DNA of 64,000 nt from Myxococcales bacterium UBA1203 (GTDB lineage: Bacteria > Myxococcota > Myxococcia > Myxococcales > UBA5297): assembly GCA_002309695.1 (NCBI GenBank), contig DBXV01000016.1, positions 180,625 to 244,624 on the forward strand, in the 5' to 3' direction. Position 1 is the first letter of the stretch. Every line of letters starts with the position of its first letter. The notes beneath the pieces were generated by a model. The model worked only from the letters and a program-made list of their open reading frames with translations, searched no databases and was not told the DNA's origin. The translations under genes and the position numbers were made by a program. Shown here in pieces: positions 60,101 to 64,000 of this stretch.

Positions 60101-60324
60101 ATGAGCCCGCGACCGTCGTCATTAACGGGCAGAAGTTCGAGAAGGACGCGCCCTTTGAAGAGGCGCCGCTTCCCCCGGGGCACATCATGGTTCGGCTGAT
60201 TCACGGCAATGACGTGCGGCTGGTGGATTTGGATCTGGAGCCGGGCAAGCTCACCCGAGCCTCTGTCACGTTTGCGAAGCCGCAGGAGGGCGAGAGCGGC
60301 GAGAGCGCGGGAGAGGGCGAGTGA
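57109..60324 (+). CDS. Pseudokinase with long acidic linker, TM and PEGA-like C-terminal domain
   Basis: Kinase fold (YRAPEQ, SDVYALGCLLYELLT) but HGAL in place of HRDL and SGMG in place of DFG; C-terminal LSIQSDEPATVVING..LPPGHI. Confidence 0.8.
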   Translation: MSRYKLMSRLDARELADVFLANRTDGGRSGGKVLCKIYFQRFTTPEFAHALAKAAQEAQDLNLPGVLAYDEVGFVQTHLVAIRECIDGYAMDDVLHRLNSKEVVMTPQLAVWFTSEVARVVGGIHAAGAVHGALGSTNILVGFDGRVAVSGMGMMRAAGASMPTRLVAFKLHRGYRAPEQRDPCTASSASDVYALGCLLYELLTMVPVSSVRSGGLSTKRDTLQPPSRLNRRINAHIDPIVMRALEQVPSRRYPNAADFADALMGLFPAIGACPNQAELGKFAHEVFPNEISLTGAQTGSSDWPIQDEFSLEQKEKIVVSAASSSSAAETAEAPSGTDDFSKLIFDDLDADFFDDIGAQKASDAGNTPSDAALPPPVPAAVPAPPAPPTPSEESGNAEDDPFGSWDAPPGELPKIVRRVSVVASNPAAEAQPLSGDAQASPETVSAAPDAGLTDAQNSASEAVEPEPGEPLVLSDDDIESLLESDSAAPPEEGEKVPAADAPQSGEPSIPEAPKSETPVPEGAKEDTGGLPWSAEPAAAETVLPEAAAPVPLSDEKAVQTDEAGGETPAAPANASQAAAETEHVPESVVEASSLPPLPSEAREESPETASADAAAETAPAENNVPLEAPAAAEKASEKAGESAKDEDDAAQPAGAAVDEVVDAEAPAAPPAAAEASTKPAADSSANDVAASLNQLVADMPSLRTAARSRPQAGSEAIQDKAAAQADAVSSQAAPPSPNTSGSSGPQTEISDAAASLAGTEWDDAPQTSPSAPLPSSSADASPAEGASAEAGGTSLDSWDAPAGAMPKIVRRKNFGAPEGQDESDSAAANGDAAPAANAESADAPSGADFAGTGFLGEDSGEQTTKSNTEVSIPVVSAVAMPASDAAEPASSKRKPKRRHRSKQEGTAAAPLEEEDWHVKPPEPMKADPSMQSKYARKTVIWIIAVVVAAAAAIGVVQAVFSAKDKAATADFAKDTASKLQSALSSTQESVAYLSIQSDEPATVVINGQKFEKDAPFEEAPLPPGHIMVRLIHGNDVRLVDLDLEPGKLTRASVTFAKPQEGESGESAGEGE

Positions 60325-60439
60325 TGCAATGCCGCGGAAATCAGCGGATTGGATGACGGCATGAGGGAAAGCGCCGCGCCTTTCCGCCGGACGGTTCTGC
60401 GGAGAAATTTACGGGGCACTTTCACGAGGGAGGTCCGCC

Positions 60440-61180
60440 ATGGATGCAGGTCAGAGAGAAAACGTGAGGCAGCCAATCAAAGTATTTTTGGTGGAGGATT
60501 CGCCGGCGCTTCTCCGGAACCTGTGCAAGTCGCTCTCGCTGCATCCGGACCGGGTAGAGATCGTCGGAACGGCGCTGGACGGCGAGAGCGGGCTTGAGGA
60601 AATCCCCGGCGCCTGTCCCGAGCTCCTTTTGCTGGACCTGGAGCTGCCCGGTATCGACGGCATCGAGGTCACCCGAAGGCTCAAGGCGGCTCACCCGGAG
60701 ATTGACGTCCTGATCCTCACGTCCTTCGACGATGAGCGGAAGGTTTACGAGGCGATTCAGGCGGGGGCGTCCGGCTATCTGGTGAAGCGCGTGCGTATCG
60801 AGCGCATTTTGGACGCCATGGACGAGGTGCGGCAGGGGGGCATCGTCCTGGAGCCCGTCATCGCCCGGCGCTTCTGGGCGTATTTCGACAGCCTGAGGAA
60901 GGTTCCCGCGGAATCGCCCGCGCGCGCGGATGATGGCCTCTCCCAGGAGCCGGTGCCGCCATCGGAGAGCGAGCAGACGGATTACGGACTGACGCCGACC
61001 GAGTGCGATGTCCTGCTGTTCATCGGCAAGGGACTGTCCAATGCGGAAGTGGGCGACGTGCTGAAAATCGAGCGCAGGCGCGTCCGGACCATCCTGACGT
61101 CGATTTATCGGAAGATGGGCGTCAACACCCATGTGGAAGCGGTGGTGAAGGGCATCCGGGCGGGGCTCATCGTGCTCTGA
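60440..61180 (+). CDS. NarL/LuxR family response regulator
   Basis: VFLVED, LLLDLELPGIDG, GASGYLVK; LTPTECDVL..GLSNAEV HTH. Confidence 0.92.
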   Translation: MDAGQRENVRQPIKVFLVEDSPALLRNLCKSLSLHPDRVEIVGTALDGESGLEEIPGACPELLLLDLELPGIDGIEVTRRLKAAHPEIDVLILTSFDDERKVYEAIQAGASGYLVKRVRIERILDAMDEVRQGGIVLEPVIARRFWAYFDSLRKVPAESPARADDGLSQEPVPPSESEQTDYGLTPTECDVLLFIGKGLSNAEVGDVLKIERRRVRTILTSIYRKMGVNTHVEAVVKGIRAGLIVL

Positions 61181-61221
61181 GGCATGTTCAGAGGTCCCAA
61201 GCAGGGGCTTTCAGAAATGAA

Positions 61222-61261
61222 GCGGGCCTTCCCAGACGAACAGGGAAGGCCCGTTTTTTTT
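61222..61261. terminator. Intrinsic terminator
   Basis: GCGGGCCTTCCC...GGGAAGGCCCGTTTTTTTT. Confidence 0.7.
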
Positions 61262-61327
61262 GGTGAGCGGCTTTTGTGTTTTGCGCACCTTGAACGCCAG
61301 ATCTGAGGCCGGCGCACGGCATGGCGG

Positions 61328-62953
61328 CTAGGGCATGAGCGCCTCGAATTTGTAGGACGTGCGCACTGGATAGTGGTCTGAAACGAATTCGTAGCTGCCC
61401 AGGGAATCCATGACCACCTCGTAGGACGTGAGCTCCATGCCGGTGGAATGGAACGCGTAGTCGATGACCACGGGCACATTCATATTCTTGAGAAATTCGG
61501 GAATGCCGGGATCGCTGCTCGTCTTCACGTCGCCGCTCTCGCCGTTGATGTCCGTCACCAGCCCCTGGCGAATGGCTTCAGTCCTGGCGTCTTCCAGCCC
61601 GGATTCGCTCCAGAAGACCGCGTGCGAGGTGCGAAAGTTCTCATCGACGGGCGTGTAGTCGCTGCCGACGAGAAGCAGATTGATGCGCTTGGCCAGCGTC
61701 TCCCAGTCGCTGCCCAGGACCATGGAGGCGAGCTCCGACTCGAAGATGATGTTCATGTCGATCGTGTTGAAGTCGCCGCCGAAGAAGACGTGGGCCTGCG
61801 GATGCTTTTCCCTCATGGACTTCACGAAGTCCGCCGCGATGTGGGCACCGGTGATGCGCTTGCGTTCGTTTTCGAGGATGGGACCGGCGATTTCCGCGAT
61901 GCCCTGGTCGGGCTTGGCGCCGTTGTTGGCCAGCCAGTGCGTGGAGCAGACGAGGAATTCCTGAGACGTGGCCTTCTCTTTGAGGACGGCACAGAAGGCG
62001 GTCACCTTGTTGTTGACGAAGGGACCGCTGGCATTCCACGCCGGAAGCAGCTTCACGTAGTCGGCATCCACCACGTCGAAGGCGTCCTTTCGGTAGAGCA
62101 TGCTGGTGAGGAGGTAGCAGCTGGCTGCGGCGGGATCCTCCTGACCGCTTTCCAAATCGAAAGTGACGTTCTCGTTGTTCTCGCCGCAGTCGAAGCCGTT
62201 CCACTTGTCTTTGATGGGAACGTCTTCGTCCGCCCAGTAGTAGCCCAGGCTGTTGAAGATGGCCGTGGTCTCCGGCGCGTGCCAGCTGGGGCTGACTTCG
62301 ACGATGGCAATCGCCGCCGGCATCTCGCTCCAGGACGTGCGCCAGCCTTCCACCAGCTCTTTGAGCTTCGCTGCCCGCGGGGGGACGAGCTTGCCGCCCC
62401 ACGACGCGTAATCCACCTGCACGTTCCAGTTCACGAAGGTGATGCTGCGGTTCACCCATTCGCGGCAGGTGCCTTTGGTCACCTGCGAGCAGTCGTCGGC
62501 GCAGGCGGGGGCGCCCTCTGAATCCCAGCGTTTTGTCGGGTCAAATTCGGCGCAGGTTAGAGGAACGCCGTCCGTGCCGTCGCAGACTTCGCCCGCAGCA
62601 GTGGCTTCACCGTCGCCGCAGACCAGTTCCACGCAGGTGCCCTGAACGAGGCTCGAACAGTCCGGGGCGCAGGCAGGCTGACCGCCCGGTGCCCACTCTT
62701 TGGACGGGTCAAAGTCGGCACAGGTCTCCGGAACGTTGTCCATGCCGTCACATTCTTCGGTGACCTGATCGAGGATGCCGTTGCCGCAGACTGGCTGAGC
62801 CGGAAGAGAGGCGTCTGGACCCGGCTGCGCGGCATCAGCGGCATCGATGACGCCGGCGTCCGCGGATGAGACGGGCGTTCCCGATGAATCGTCACAGGCG
62901 GCGGATGCGGCGGCGAGGAGCAGAACGGCAAGAAGCGAAGCAGGCTTGTTCAT
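61328..62953 (-). CDS. Endonuclease/exonuclease/phosphatase (EEP) lipoprotein with Cys-rich repeats
   Basis: Lipobox SAAC; CGNG..EECD / CGDG..EVCD repeats; EEP motifs NWNV, VEV, STHW, GGDFN, IDY, SDHYPV. Confidence 0.85.
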   Translation of the reverse strand: MNKPASLLAVLLLAAASAACDDSSGTPVSSADAGVIDAADAAQPGPDASLPAQPVCGNGILDQVTEECDGMDNVPETCADFDPSKEWAPGGQPACAPDCSSLVQGTCVELVCGDGEATAAGEVCDGTDGVPLTCAEFDPTKRWDSEGAPACADDCSQVTKGTCREWVNRSITFVNWNVQVDYASWGGKLVPPRAAKLKELVEGWRTSWSEMPAAIAIVEVSPSWHAPETTAIFNSLGYYWADEDVPIKDKWNGFDCGENNENVTFDLESGQEDPAAASCYLLTSMLYRKDAFDVVDADYVKLLPAWNASGPFVNNKVTAFCAVLKEKATSQEFLVCSTHWLANNGAKPDQGIAEIAGPILENERKRITGAHIAADFVKSMREKHPQAHVFFGGDFNTIDMNIIFESELASMVLGSDWETLAKRINLLLVGSDYTPVDENFRTSHAVFWSESGLEDARTEAIRQGLVTDINGESGDVKTSSDPGIPEFLKNMNVPVVIDYAFHSTGMELTSYEVVMDSLGSYEFVSDHYPVRTSYKFEALMP

Positions 62954-63012
62954 GGTTTTTCCTGAGGGCCGGAAAGGCGCGGCGGAAGGGGAAATCGGTC
63001 CTGAAATTGGCC

Positions 63013-64000
63013 TCAGCTGGCGTCAGCAGGCTTTCTGCCCCGGGGCTTTTTTTCCTCGTCAGGAGCAGCGGCGGGCGCAGCCGGTGCCTCTGCGGAAGAA
63101 GCGTCGGCTTTCTGGATGCCCAGCTTGTCGAGAAGCGCCTTTTCCACGGCGGCGTAGAGCTCGGGCCGCGTCTTCAGCTGGTCGCGGAAAGTGTCGCGTC
63201 CCTGCACGCGCTCGCCGCCAAAGACGAACCAGGAACCGCTCTTGGTGACCACGTCGTTTTCAACGGCCAGGTCCAGAAGCTCGCCTTCGCGGGAGATGCC
63301 CACGCCGTAGAGAATGTCGAATTCGGCTTCCTTGAAGGGCGGGGCGACCTTGTTTTTCACCACCTTTGCCCGCGTCCGGTTGCCGATCACTGCGTCGCCG
63401 TCCTTGATGGCGCTGATGCGCCGGATGTCGATGCGCTGCGAGGCGTAAAACTTCAGCGCGTTGCCGCCAGTGGTCGTCTCCGGATTGCCGAACATGACGC
63501 CCAGCTTCATGCGGATCTGATTGATGAAAATCATGCAGGTCTGGCTGCGGGAGACAGTGCCGGTGAGCTTGCGCATGGCCTGACTCATCAGCCGCGCCTG
63601 CACGCCCATGTGCGAGTCGCCCATTTCGCCTTCGAGTTCAGCCTTGGGAACCAGCGCGGCCACGGAATCGACCACCAGGACATCGATGGAACCGGAGCGC
63701 ACCAGCATCTCGGCGATGTCCAGGGCCTGCTCGCCGGTGTCGGGCTGGCTGATGAGCAGGTCTTCGGTGCGGACGCCCAGCTTGCGGGCATATTGGACGT
63801 CCAGTGCGTGCTCCGCATCGATGTAGGCCGCGATGCCGCCCCGCTTCTGAGCCTCGGCGACGATGTGCAGACAGAGGGTGGTTTTGCCCGAAGATTCGGG
63901 ACCGTAGATTTCAACGATGCGGCCGCGGGGGACGCCGCCCACGCCCAGGGCAATGTCCAGTGACAGTGAGCCGGTGGGAATGACCTGAAGGCCTCCCAGG
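63013..64000 (-). CDS. recA: Recombinase RecA, 5' end outside the window
   Basis: [63 protein letters not shown]. Confidence 0.98.
   Translation of the reverse strand, partial: LGGLQVIPTGSLSLDIALGVGGVPRGRIVEIYGPESSGKTTLCLHIVAEAQKRGGIAAYIDAEHALDVQYARKLGVRTEDLLISQPDTGEQALDIAEMLVRSGSIDVLVVDSVAALVPKAELEGEMGDSHMGVQARLMSQAMRKLTGTVSRSQTCMIFINQIRMKLGVMFGNPETTTGGNALKFYASQRIDIRRISAIKDGDAVIGNRTRAKVVKNKVAPPFKEAEFDILYGVGISREGELLDLAVENDVVTKSGSWFVFGGERVQGRDTFRDQLKTRPELYAAVEKALLDKLGIQKADASSAEAPAAPAAAPDEEKKPRGRKPADAS

Noticed and set aside
62866-63963. 365-aa plus-strand ORF
   Set aside because: Antisense shadow of recA

Overview
GC-rich (estimated by eye at ~60-65%) bacterial chromosome segment. The lineage is most likely Myxococcota, inferred from the FHA/DUF4388 protein, Ser/Thr kinases, Cys-rich lipoproteins and the pepA-HEAT-tatD-DUF192 gene order. 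The backbone is housekeeping: pepA, tatD, queA, gcvH, deoxynucleoside kinase, dnaX-ybaB-recR, an S1-domain protein, tRNA-Cys, tsaA, rpsU-yqeY-dnaG-rpoD, an orphan rplC and recA. No integrase, transposase or CRISPR array was seen. Main points: (1) A lower-GC four-gene operon (47217-53911) encodes a ComEA-type helix-hairpin-helix domain fused to a predicted outer-membrane beta-barrel, two thermonuclease (SNase) lipoproteins and a 4x lamin-tail-domain lipoprotein. It is a candidate extracellular nucleic-acid capture, degradation and import system. (2) dnaX is split across two frames at a C_CCT_TTT slippery heptamer followed 7 nt later by a GC stem, which implies a -1 programmed frameshift producing the long tau subunit (the reverse of E. 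coli). (3) RpoD carries a ~600-aa N-terminal extension, histone-H1-like basic then acidic, and has a tandem sigma-70 paralog. (4) A giant Met-zincin lipoprotein is paired with a beta-barrel. (5) There is an FHA/kinase/pseudokinase module and a membrane protein with Thr-centred repeats. (6) A tRNA 3'-half remnant and recurring TTGnnn-N17-TAnnGG promoters are present. All calls come from motif recognition by eye; no database searches were run.
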